Below, in pieces: positions 19,001 to 26,712 of a stretch of DNA of 57,468 bases. Every line of letters starts with the position of its first letter. The first letter of the stretch is position 1. The stretch spans positions 23,223-80,690 of the forward strand of contig CAZPZD010000004.1 in assembly GCA_964590515.1 (NCBI GenBank), in the 5' to 3' direction. Source of the DNA: an uncultured Anaerolineaceae bacterium (GTDB lineage Bacteria > Chloroflexota > Anaerolineae > Anaerolineales > E44-bin32). Both the position numbers and the translations under genes were made by a program. A model generated the notes under the pieces. It was given only the letters and a program-made list of their open reading frames with translations, was not told the origin of the DNA and ran no database searches.

Positions 19001-19324
19001 GGTGCCGATCCGGGCGGCGTCCATGCGCGATTCGATCTCGAGCCAGCGCAGCCGCTCTTCGCCTTCCGCGGCCACGGCCAGATCGCTGACCGACCCACGG
19101 ATGCGGTTGCGCATCTCGCGGGCGGCCTTCTCGGTAAAGGTGACGGCCACAATCTGGCGTTCGTTCAGCCCCCGGGCCAGCAGGTGGACGTAGCGGGCGA
19201 CCAGCGTACGGGTCTTGCCAGTTCCGGCGCCGGCAGTGAGCAGCACGTCACGCTCGAGCTCGGTGGCGGCTTGATGTTGATCGAGAGTGAGATCGAACGG
19301 CGCCAGCGAATCCATCCCGGTCAC
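16037..19324 (-). CDS. addA: ATP-dependent helicase/nuclease subunit A (UvrD helicase plus RecB-type nuclease)
   Basis: AGAGTGKT, TFTEKAAREM, VDEFQDTN, VGDARQSIYRFRGAD, TIHKAKGLEF, YVAATRA; nuclease GQIDLL..VDFKT. Confidence 0.92.
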   Translation of the reverse strand: MTGMDSLAPFDLTLDQHQAATELERDVLLTAGAGTGKTRTLVARYVHLLARGLNERQIVAVTFTEKAAREMRNRIRGSVSDLAVAAEGEERLRWLEIESRMDAARIGTMHSLCAEVLRSHPAEARIDPGFVVVDEGLGLTFKAQAVAEALAWAAGDPEAVQLFRAFSTRQLAAVLSRLLQSRLETAELLGGDSAENLNRTLLAAVESFVRLGRVVGGIEMLRKLADGGEMEVDAGPSLAPRAARLLKLWVELEVTLNAGDLMGTCGVLFTIRREALQKVGGSAKSRARAVIHTLQDLYDEHLNTWIGGANAKDSPPAPETDAIWAEQLQRLKTLFDRALFAYRRALDAHLALDFDDLEAGALALLETADVGDRWRGRLEAVLVDEFQDTNQRQRRIIDALVGDRSGCLFAVGDARQSIYRFRGADVRVFRRKRQEVQAGGGLATEIELNFRAHAPLLSALDDVVGPLMGREDSVALYQVPYTTLTADRAEPSGSGAGPHLEIVLGTGQGAEQGRAAAARALADRLVELQGSGVIRDWGEVALLFRASAGFEAYESALEAAGIPFVTVAGRGFYDRPEIRDLVNTLRAIADPSDDLALAGFLRSPAVGLSDPGLYRLRVSGGETLPLQAALAKAEQLLEPHDLAPARRAQATLDELHPLAERLPVAELISRLVGRLDWRAVLASSHARLWRNLDKLVDDAQASALVNVGAFLEYLSVLREAGAREGEAPAGEGGALQLMTIHKAKGLEFGLVVLADASRSSPRRAQPVYLMEEVGAAAAMDLLVGEPTAYRLARALDAEQSQAEEDRLLYVAATRARERLIVSGHLSQTRGAWSTAGWMERILELMDMDPKALAEGVGQEVLVKLPGGQLLRAWTAPDSERRRWAQAGSFTAWPDSSEPPLYRVVSIPPKEEIDLDLDEEPERTWRATGSGRRAPAAAVGRIVHAAIQRSAMPGSAGYDRFMENEAFRAGLVDPRQRQVAVAESTEMLGRLAAHALWEEIRAAQGAQREVPFTAFDPAGQVQSGQIDLLWRAERGWKIVDFKTDKLQGEADLAAAVERHRKQVERYVRSAASILGVAPQGMLCFLDADGEVHLVEV

Positions 19325-22300
19325 CTAGCCCCAGCCCCCCGGCTGATAGCGCCAGCACCAGGCGGCTGCCGGACAATACTCCGGGCAGCCGGCCGGCGGA
19401 GGAATCGGCGGAAACCGGCCGGCGCTGACGCCTTCGACGACGCGGCGGACGTGGGCTCGAGCGGTTGCATAGGCTGCGGCCGGGCCAACCTCGAGGTCTC
19501 CCTCCTCCGGTGCACGGTAGTTGCTCAGCCGCAATGCGCCGCGCTCGGCCGCCAGGATTGCCCAGTAGAAACCGTCCACCACCTGGCCCAGCCCGAGCGC
19601 ATCCTGCGCCGCCAGGGCATACAGGGGCAGCTGTATCCGGCGGCCCTCGTTGAGCTCGGCGGGGTTGAGCCCGCTGCCTCCGGTCTTGTAATCGATCACC
19701 CGCAGCCCGCCGTCCGGCCGGCGGTCCAGACGATCGACCACCCCGCGCACCCGCACGACCCGCCCATCCAGCTCCAACTCGAGCGGGGGCTGCTCGTCCA
19801 TGCCGAAGGCCAGTTCGAGCCCGATCGGCACCCATTCGGGGGCCTGCTCGGCCAGCGCCCGTACGGTCTGGCGCAGCGATTCGGCATGCTGGGCGCGCTC
19901 GATCGCCCACAGCGGGGTCGGCCGAAAGCCATGCCGCTGCGGGGCTCTATCCAGGATGGGATCGAGCACCTGGTCGAGCGACCGCAGCACTGATTCGGTG
20001 TCGGCAAGGTTATCGGCGGTACGGTAGGCGGCTTCCAGGACCTCGTGCAGAACCGATCCGAGCTGCGCGGCGTCGAGGCCGGGCTTCGGAGGCTCGCGGA
20101 GCTCCAGGCCAAGCAGATGGGAGGTGAAAAACATGTGGGGGCAGGTGCCGTAGGTCTCGAGCCGGCTGGGACTCCACAGGTGGTCGGCGTTGAACCTCTC
20201 GGCCAGGCTTTCCGCCAGACCGGCCAGGCTGCCATCGTACGGGCCCTCGGCTTCCCGCTGGCTGCGCGCTGCCAACACATTCCGGCTGTGCTGCAGCTCG
20301 GCCCAGCGCTCACGATGCGATTTGAGCAGCGAGGCCGGCATGCCACCCCGGCGCACACCCCAGAACAGCAGCTCCTGCGGGGATCCGGCCTCCTGCAGTG
20401 GCCGCGGATCTTCTGGACGGATCCGGCGGGGCGATCCGCTGAGCATTCGTTGAACCGCTCTCCAGAAGGGCGAGGGTTCCCATGCCTCCCCGTCGTCGGC
20501 CAGGTAGGGGCGGGTCAACAGCAGCCGGGCGTCGGCGCGAGTGACTGCCTGGTAAAACAGTCCGGGCTGTTCTCGACCCAAACGCGACTCGAGGCCGAGG
20601 GCGGCGCGGGTCTCTTCGTCCAGGAACGGATCTTCGCGCTCGACCGCAGGCAGCAGCCCCTCCGAGAGCCCCATCACGACGACTGCCTGATGATTACGAC
20701 CGGGGGCCTCGAGCAGACCCAGGACGTTGACGGCCGGACCATCCGACAGCCGCTGGCGGTCGGGGGTCGTTTCGACCGCGCTTCGCAGCTCGTCGAGAAA
20801 CTCGTCGTAGCTGAGCTTCTGTTCTCCGGTGACGATCTCGCCCCACAGCAGGGCGCGCAGCGTCTCGCGCAGGCGCTCGAAGGCTGTGTGCTCGCGGTCG
20901 GCGCCGGCGCGATCCGAGTCGGCGGCGGTCCGTTCCGGAAAACCCAACTCATCGAGCAGATCCTCCAGCCACTCCACCCACTGGGCGGTTGTTCTCGGCT
21001 TGGCCGGCGCCAGCCGCTTCGCCAGAGTCTGAATGGCCTCGAGCAGTCGAGCAGCCGTTGCGCCCTTGGGTGGAGCGGAGGGCGGGAGTCCTTCCTCTAG
21101 CGTCTCCGCCCTTGAGTCCGGCTCGGCCCGCACCAACCGGGTGAGCGCCTCCTCCCACTGGTCGAGGCCTTCGATCACCTGGCCGGCATGGCTGGCGGCG
21201 TCCAGCGCAAGCGCGTCGACCGCCCCTAGACCAAAGGAAGCCAGATCGAAGTAGGGCGATCGGACAGCCTGGAGTGTCAGCCGGCGGGACCAATTCGAGC
21301 GACCGATCTCGAGCAGATCCAGCAGCGCCGAGACTGCCGGCGCCTGGATCAACGGTTCGCCATGGGTAAACAGGAGGACGATGCCGAACTCGGCGGCCGC
21401 GCGGCGCAAGAGTGAACCGTACCGCATTGCATTGGGCGCGATCACGGCGCAATCCTCCAGCCCCAGGTGGTCCCGCACCAGGCGGGCTTTAAGCCAGCGC
21501 ATCGCTTCGCGCGCCTCGTCGGCCGGGCTGCGGGCCTCGATGAGTTCGATCGCTTGCTCCGGGTCGAACGGTCGAATATCCAACTCGAACAGGGAGGCCT
21601 CCAGCTGGATAAGCGGCTCAGGCAGTTTGGGGAGCAGCTGGAGTCCATCGACTGCCCCTGGGGTGAGCGTGCTCCGCGATTGCAGCGCTTCGATCGAGGC
21701 ATCCGGCAGAGCCCGGTGCACCCTGTTCAGGGTTTCCACGAAGCGCCTGTCTACGATGCGCTCCTTCACCCGGGTGCCAGGCAGGGCCACGATTAGCCGC
21801 TCGACCTGGCCGGACAGCGCCGTGAGGGCCTCCAGCTGGGCGGCCTCGAACGAGTCGAAGCCGTCGACGGCGATCAGCGGCATGTCGGTCATCAACCCCG
21901 GGAGCTCGTTCAACGCCCCGATCGCCAGATCGCCGAGTCCTTCCCGATCGGTCCACGGGATTGCTGCCAACCGGGCCTCGTAGTCTGCGTATATGCGCGC
22001 CAGCTCGGCCAGCGCCGTGCCACGTTCAAGGGATCGCGCCAGCGCGGCGACCGCATCGGGTCGAACCCGCCCTCGCTTCAACTCGGCGATCGCCCCTCCG
22101 ACCACCTCCAGTAACCCCGGCGTCCGGACGATCGGTTGATAGAACGGGAGCTTTCCGTCGGCCTCCAGACGCCGCAAAGCCAGCCGAATCAGGCGCTGGC
22201 GGGCGGGCTCCGGCGTGACCGCCACCGGCCGGCCGGCGCGGGCCAGGATCTCCTGGAATAGATCCCCAAACGTGCCCACGCTCACGCCGAGCGCGCCGCC

Positions 22301-22516
22301 GGCGGCGGCGATGCGGCGGCGGAAGGCCGCAACTTGAGTGCGGTCGGGCAGCACGGCCCAACGCGGCAGGATCAGACCGGGTTCGTCGACCAGCAACTCG
22401 ATCAAGCGCTGGGTCTTGCCGCTGGCGGCCGGCCCCAGCAGGATGGTCGCGTTGGAGGTGGCGTTCGGGTCAGACAATGGACCTTTCAACCGCGGGAGGG
22501 GGGCTACGGCTCTCAC
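19325..22516 (-). CDS. addB: ATP-dependent helicase/nuclease subunit B with Fe-S nuclease domain
   Basis: GPAASGKT, IAVDGF, SPSRLETYGTCP, RGVVDRLD..IDYKTG, QLPLY, CPEYCPAAAWC. Alternative TTG start at 22477 with a GAAAGG RBS. Confidence 0.88.
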   Translation of the reverse strand: MRAVAPLPRLKGPLSDPNATSNATILLGPAASGKTQRLIELLVDEPGLILPRWAVLPDRTQVAAFRRRIAAAGGALGVSVGTFGDLFQEILARAGRPVAVTPEPARQRLIRLALRRLEADGKLPFYQPIVRTPGLLEVVGGAIAELKRGRVRPDAVAALARSLERGTALAELARIYADYEARLAAIPWTDREGLGDLAIGALNELPGLMTDMPLIAVDGFDSFEAAQLEALTALSGQVERLIVALPGTRVKERIVDRRFVETLNRVHRALPDASIEALQSRSTLTPGAVDGLQLLPKLPEPLIQLEASLFELDIRPFDPEQAIELIEARSPADEAREAMRWLKARLVRDHLGLEDCAVIAPNAMRYGSLLRRAAAEFGIVLLFTHGEPLIQAPAVSALLDLLEIGRSNWSRRLTLQAVRSPYFDLASFGLGAVDALALDAASHAGQVIEGLDQWEEALTRLVRAEPDSRAETLEEGLPPSAPPKGATAARLLEAIQTLAKRLAPAKPRTTAQWVEWLEDLLDELGFPERTAADSDRAGADREHTAFERLRETLRALLWGEIVTGEQKLSYDEFLDELRSAVETTPDRQRLSDGPAVNVLGLLEAPGRNHQAVVVMGLSEGLLPAVEREDPFLDEETRAALGLESRLGREQPGLFYQAVTRADARLLLTRPYLADDGEAWEPSPFWRAVQRMLSGSPRRIRPEDPRPLQEAGSPQELLFWGVRRGGMPASLLKSHRERWAELQHSRNVLAARSQREAEGPYDGSLAGLAESLAERFNADHLWSPSRLETYGTCPHMFFTSHLLGLELREPPKPGLDAAQLGSVLHEVLEAAYRTADNLADTESVLRSLDQVLDPILDRAPQRHGFRPTPLWAIERAQHAESLRQTVRALAEQAPEWVPIGLELAFGMDEQPPLELELDGRVVRVRGVVDRLDRRPDGGLRVIDYKTGGSGLNPAELNEGRRIQLPLYALAAQDALGLGQVVDGFYWAILAAERGALRLSNYRAPEEGDLEVGPAAAYATARAHVRRVVEGVSAGRFPPIPPPAGCPEYCPAAAWCWRYQPGGWG

Positions 22517-23436
22517 TCAGGTGCGTGCAAGTCGGAGCGGATCGGATACTCATTCGGGAAGCACAGGCCACGGTACTCGCAGTGGGAACAGATGCGCGGG
22601 TCGTCGACCCGTCCGAACTTGGCTTTGTCCAGCGGGATATTCTTCTCGACGTCTCGACAGTATTCGTACATCTCCTGAGTCTCGGCGCGGACCTGGATTC
22701 CAAAGTGGTCCAGATCCAACGCGTTGAAGGCCTCTTCCACCTCCTGGTAGCGCGGATGCAGGTAGGCAATGGTCGGCACCACTTTTTCCGCCCCGACCTC
22801 GAAGTGGTAGGAAGCCCAGGCCGAGTAGCCGAGCAACTGCTTGCGGTGCTTAGCGCGGTCTGTCTTGCCGGTCTTCCAGTCCAGGATGTGGAAGTGGTCG
22901 ACCACGGGGAACAGAAAGTCGACCTTGAAGTAAGCCTTGAGGCCGTTCAAGCGGGTCTCGCCATAGCCGGGCGGTTCGATGATCCACTCGCCGCTCGTGT
23001 TGATGGCCTGCTCGACCAGCCAGCGATAGCGGTCGCTCTCGAGCAGGTTTTCCAGACAGACCTGCACCTTGGGATAAAGATCCTCCTCCGTCACCGCCTC
23101 CCGTGTGCCGTAACAGACCTCTTGAAAGCTATTCGACCCGGCATGATGCCTGGCTTCGCGGAAGGCGGTATCGAAGAACATGCTCCGGTCGATATCCTGG
23201 CTGGTGAGGCGCAGCCGGTTCAGCAGCTTCTGGATGATGTCGTGCGCCACGCTCCCGATCTCCAACGGAATCGAGCTCAGGCTCTTGAGCTCCTGAATCA
23301 GGCGCTTCGGCACCTCGGGGTCGTATTTGCTGTAGTACTGGTAGAAGTACTTGCGCTTGCAGAGGGAGAAGGTCTCGTAGCGGGTGGCTGACCAACCCAG
23401 GATGTCGGTGAAGGGGAACCGCTTTATCGGACTCAT
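22513..23436 (-). CDS. Stand-alone PD-(D/E)XK nuclease (RecB/Cas4-like, four-Cys Fe-S staple)
   Basis: WSATRYETFSLCKRKY, KVDFL..ILDWKTG, QLLGY, CSHCEYRGLC. Confidence 0.88.
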   Translation of the reverse strand: MSPIKRFPFTDILGWSATRYETFSLCKRKYFYQYYSKYDPEVPKRLIQELKSLSSIPLEIGSVAHDIIQKLLNRLRLTSQDIDRSMFFDTAFREARHHAGSNSFQEVCYGTREAVTEEDLYPKVQVCLENLLESDRYRWLVEQAINTSGEWIIEPPGYGETRLNGLKAYFKVDFLFPVVDHFHILDWKTGKTDRAKHRKQLLGYSAWASYHFEVGAEKVVPTIAYLHPRYQEVEEAFNALDLDHFGIQVRAETQEMYEYCRDVEKNIPLDKAKFGRVDDPRICSHCEYRGLCFPNEYPIRSDLHAPE

Positions 23437-25541
23437 GCTTCGATTGGATGAAACCGGTACTCTTCGCCCAGTGTTTGCCTGGCGGACGCATCGAAGAGGT
23501 CCCGCAGGTGATTGTCCATCGTGAAGTAGGTAACCTGCCAGCCGGCCTGGACCATATTGAGCACCTGCTCGACCAGCCGCTCCCGGCGCTGCCAGTCGGA
23601 GTGCTGGAAGGCATCGTCAAGCAGGATAAAGAGCGGCTGTCCGCCGGCCAGTCGGCTGGCGAACCCCATCCGCAGCGCCAGCAGCACTTGCTCGCGGGCG
23701 CCGGTGCTTAGCTCGGCCAGGTCGTAGTCGGCGGTCTTACTGCGTACAACGAGCCCCTCACTCTGCAGATCGATGGATTGATAACGCAGGGTCGTCTGTT
23801 GCAGGACCCGCTTGACGGCCCGGTCCTGCAATCCCATCCGGATCCGTTCATCCTCCTCGGCGGCAATCCGGGCGAGCACCTCCGTGACCCCGATTTGAGC
23901 CAGGATCCGGGCGGTCGTTTGCCGATATTCCGCGGCTTGCTCTTCTCGCTGCTTCCAGAGGTTGCCGAGGATCTCCTCCCACGGTCGATCGATGGTGTCG
24001 CCCGTCTCATTGCAGAGTGCCTGCTTCAGGCCCTGCAGCTCGGCGTTAGCGCTCGCAATCTCGACCAGGATCTTGTCCTTTTGGCGCTCCAGGCTGGCCG
24101 CCTCGGACTTACTGAACCCGGCTGCGGCTGGCCGCTTCGAATAGTCTGAAGGATCCACCCCAAGCCCCTCCAGCTGTAGGTCGAGATCATGCGCCTCGCT
24201 GGCAAGCGCCCGCCGCCGAGCGGCCAACTCGCCGAGAGCGGCCTCCCACTCGGGGCTCTCTAACTCCTTGCCCGTAATCGACGCCAACCCGCGTTTGATA
24301 TCGACCGCCAGCGTCGTCCGCTCTGCCCGCAGCCGCGACTGCTGTCGCTCGATCTCCTCGCCAATCGTGGCTGCCTTGCGAAGATCACTCTCCACGGCCT
24401 TTAGTTGTGCAAGGTCGGTCAGCTGCTCCCCGAATCGCTTTTCGAATCCTTTGACCAACTCCGAGCGATCGGTCTGGGCTGCCGATTTGGCGGTGATCCT
24501 CCTTAGGCGCCACACCCCGACGGCGCCCACAGCCAATCCGGCAACGGCCGCGATCGCTGCTGGGACCGACTGATCGAAGAGGGCCAGGGCTGCCGCCACG
24601 GCAATGGACAGTCCTGCCACGACCAGGATGAGCGAGGGCATCCGGGCATCTTGAGTTTCCGCACGCGGCTGCCAAAGTCCGACAGCCTGCTCGACCCAGT
24701 CAAAGTGCTGGCTTTCCGAACGCCTCTTGGCCAGGTCCTTCTCGGACTGTGCCTGCTCCCCATCGAGTCTGCGCAAGTCTCGCAGCAGCTGACTGAGCCG
24801 ATCGAGCTCGTCCTGCGGCAAGGCCTCGAGCGCCTTGTTCGCATTCTTCAAAGCCTGGTTCAAGAGGTAGGCCTGATGCCGCCTGGCCTCGAGCTGCCCC
24901 TTCAGTACGTTGTCGAGGTTCTTCAGCGTCAGCTCCAGCGAACGTATGCGGCTCAGAGAGACGCCGGTGTCGACCTGGTCGAGCAGCCTATCCAATCGCT
25001 GCAAGTCACCCCTGGCCTTGCTCCGATCCTGGAGCTCGCCCTTGTCGTGACCATCGATCTCACGGTCAACGACCCTGGCCTTCTTGACGGTCTCCTGCAT
25101 GGGCTCGAGGATGCGGTCAATCAAGTTCTCGTTCGATAGGACGGATTTCAACACGGCCCTATCGACCCCGCCGGCTGAATGCCGATCGAAGTCCAATTCG
25201 CCACCCTTGACGACAAGCAGCCGCCCCATGTTCGTGGGCAGGCCGGATTCACCTTCTGACCAGAAATCCTCCAACTTGCGCCGTCCGCTGGGGGTGAACT
25301 CAACGGCTCCGGGGGCTAGTCCCTTGACCCACACCTTTCCCTGCCCGATATTGCTCCGCAGGCCCCACTCCCCGGCGTAGCGGAAGAGGGCCCGGAGAAG
25401 GAACTCGACCAGATAGGTCTTGCCGGCCTCATTCCGTCCAAAGACTAGATTGAAAGCCCCCATCTTGAAGGTCATGTCTCCGATAGGGCCGAGGTTCTCG
25501 ACCGCGATCTGCTCGATGTAGATCCGCCTCTCAGGCAGCAT
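23433..25541 (-). CDS. Rad50/SbcC-like ABC-type ATPase with coiled coil and central hydrophobic hairpin (YhaN/SbcE-like)
   Basis: GRNEAGKT Walker A, LSTGAREQ signature, ILLDDAF Walker B; two hydrophobic helices mid-protein; no CxxC hook. Confidence 0.88.
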   Translation of the reverse strand: MLPERRIYIEQIAVENLGPIGDMTFKMGAFNLVFGRNEAGKTYLVEFLLRALFRYAGEWGLRSNIGQGKVWVKGLAPGAVEFTPSGRRKLEDFWSEGESGLPTNMGRLLVVKGGELDFDRHSAGGVDRAVLKSVLSNENLIDRILEPMQETVKKARVVDREIDGHDKGELQDRSKARGDLQRLDRLLDQVDTGVSLSRIRSLELTLKNLDNVLKGQLEARRHQAYLLNQALKNANKALEALPQDELDRLSQLLRDLRRLDGEQAQSEKDLAKRRSESQHFDWVEQAVGLWQPRAETQDARMPSLILVVAGLSIAVAAALALFDQSVPAAIAAVAGLAVGAVGVWRLRRITAKSAAQTDRSELVKGFEKRFGEQLTDLAQLKAVESDLRKAATIGEEIERQQSRLRAERTTLAVDIKRGLASITGKELESPEWEAALGELAARRRALASEAHDLDLQLEGLGVDPSDYSKRPAAAGFSKSEAASLERQKDKILVEIASANAELQGLKQALCNETGDTIDRPWEEILGNLWKQREEQAAEYRQTTARILAQIGVTEVLARIAAEEDERIRMGLQDRAVKRVLQQTTLRYQSIDLQSEGLVVRSKTADYDLAELSTGAREQVLLALRMGFASRLAGGQPLFILLDDAFQHSDWQRRERLVEQVLNMVQAGWQVTYFTMDNHLRDLFDASARQTLGEEYRFHPIEA

Positions 25542-26589
25542 AGATCACCGCCAGCGCCTCGCGCAGGATCTCGTCTTTAGTCGGCTGAGCTGGACCCCAA
25601 CTCCATTCGAGTGCCTCAATCCATTCCTGCACCTGACGGGCGATTTCGATCCGGTCCGCATCCTGGGTGTGATCAAGGGCCGAAATGTCCGGCCCCTCGC
25701 CGTAGAAAGCGAAGTCAGACATTGCCTCTTTGGCAACCTCTTCAACGGCCGCCCGATCGATCGTGTAGCCGACGACCCGCAGGCGAACCTGAACGCGGTC
25801 CTCCCATCCCTCGGGCAGGCCCCAATCTCGGATGCGGTCCTGCAGTTGATCACGCAGGTAGGCGGCCTCGTCAGCGACGGGCAGCATGACGACGGTCTCG
25901 TTGAAGTAGATCCGCGGGCCGTCGACCCGTTGGGCTGTGACCTTCCGGGTCTCTGGATCGAAGATCAGGAACCGGCGCAGGCCGGTCTCGTTGATATCGA
26001 GTGGGCAGGGGGAGCCGGAGTAGTAGACTGGCGGGCCGTCGAAAGGTGCGTGGATGTGGCCCAGCAGGCAGACCGCCGGGCTGGTCCCGGATAGGTCGCC
26101 CCGGGTGAGCGGCATGTAGACGCCGGGTTCGTTCGGATCGGCGCCGTGCAGGCCGCCGCTCCAGTCCCCGTGACTCACCAGCGCCCAGCGCCCCGGCCTG
26201 AGTTGATCCGCAAAAGGCGCCAAATGCTCGCCCATCGACGTCCCCGCCCTGTACGGTACCAGCAGCAGGTTGAAGTCGTCGCCGATGGGCCGCAGCGACG
26301 GCTCGGAAACCACTTCAAGGCCCTCGACGGCCAGCGTCCCGGCGGTCAGGTCGGAGTCGTGGTTGCCGGGGATTACGGTCACGGCCAGGCTGGCGGGGCG
26401 GACGGCGTTGTAGGCCTTCTCAAAATCGGCGAAGTTCTGCCGGGATTGATCGAACAGGTCGCCGGCAATGATCAAACCCTCGACGCCCAATTCGCCGCAC
26501 TGGCGCAAGATGTCCTCCAGCGCGGCGAATCGCTCGGGGTGTTCTGTTTGGGTCGTCAGGTGGAGATCGGCCGTCATGGCGATGCGCAT
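25531..26589 (-). CDS. Mre11/SbcD-like metallophosphoesterase nuclease (YhaO-like)
   Basis: ADLH, AGDLFD, PGNHD, SHG, GHIH, YSGSP motifs. Confidence 0.9.
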   Translation of the reverse strand: MRIAMTADLHLTTQTEHPERFAALEDILRQCGELGVEGLIIAGDLFDQSRQNFADFEKAYNAVRPASLAVTVIPGNHDSDLTAGTLAVEGLEVVSEPSLRPIGDDFNLLLVPYRAGTSMGEHLAPFADQLRPGRWALVSHGDWSGGLHGADPNEPGVYMPLTRGDLSGTSPAVCLLGHIHAPFDGPPVYYSGSPCPLDINETGLRRFLIFDPETRKVTAQRVDGPRIYFNETVVMLPVADEAAYLRDQLQDRIRDWGLPEGWEDRVQVRLRVVGYTIDRAAVEEVAKEAMSDFAFYGEGPDISALDHTQDADRIEIARQVQEWIEALEWSWGPAQPTKDEILREALAVIYAA

Positions 26590-26712
26590 GGCACCCCCAA
26601 TCGTATCGCACCCGCGGTCGGGCTAATCGCCCTCGGACGCGAGCCACCTGGAGTCTAATGCAGGATAGTGGAAAGGCTCAGCCTAGCACCGGCGAGCGCC
26701 AGCTACGAGCAC

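Noticed and set aside
12230..23391. Long antisense ORFs (12230..13183, 15791..16927, 18815..19993, 20045..21100, 22477..23391)
   Set aside because: Shadow ORFs opposite well-supported genes, expected from high GC3; no recognisable motifs
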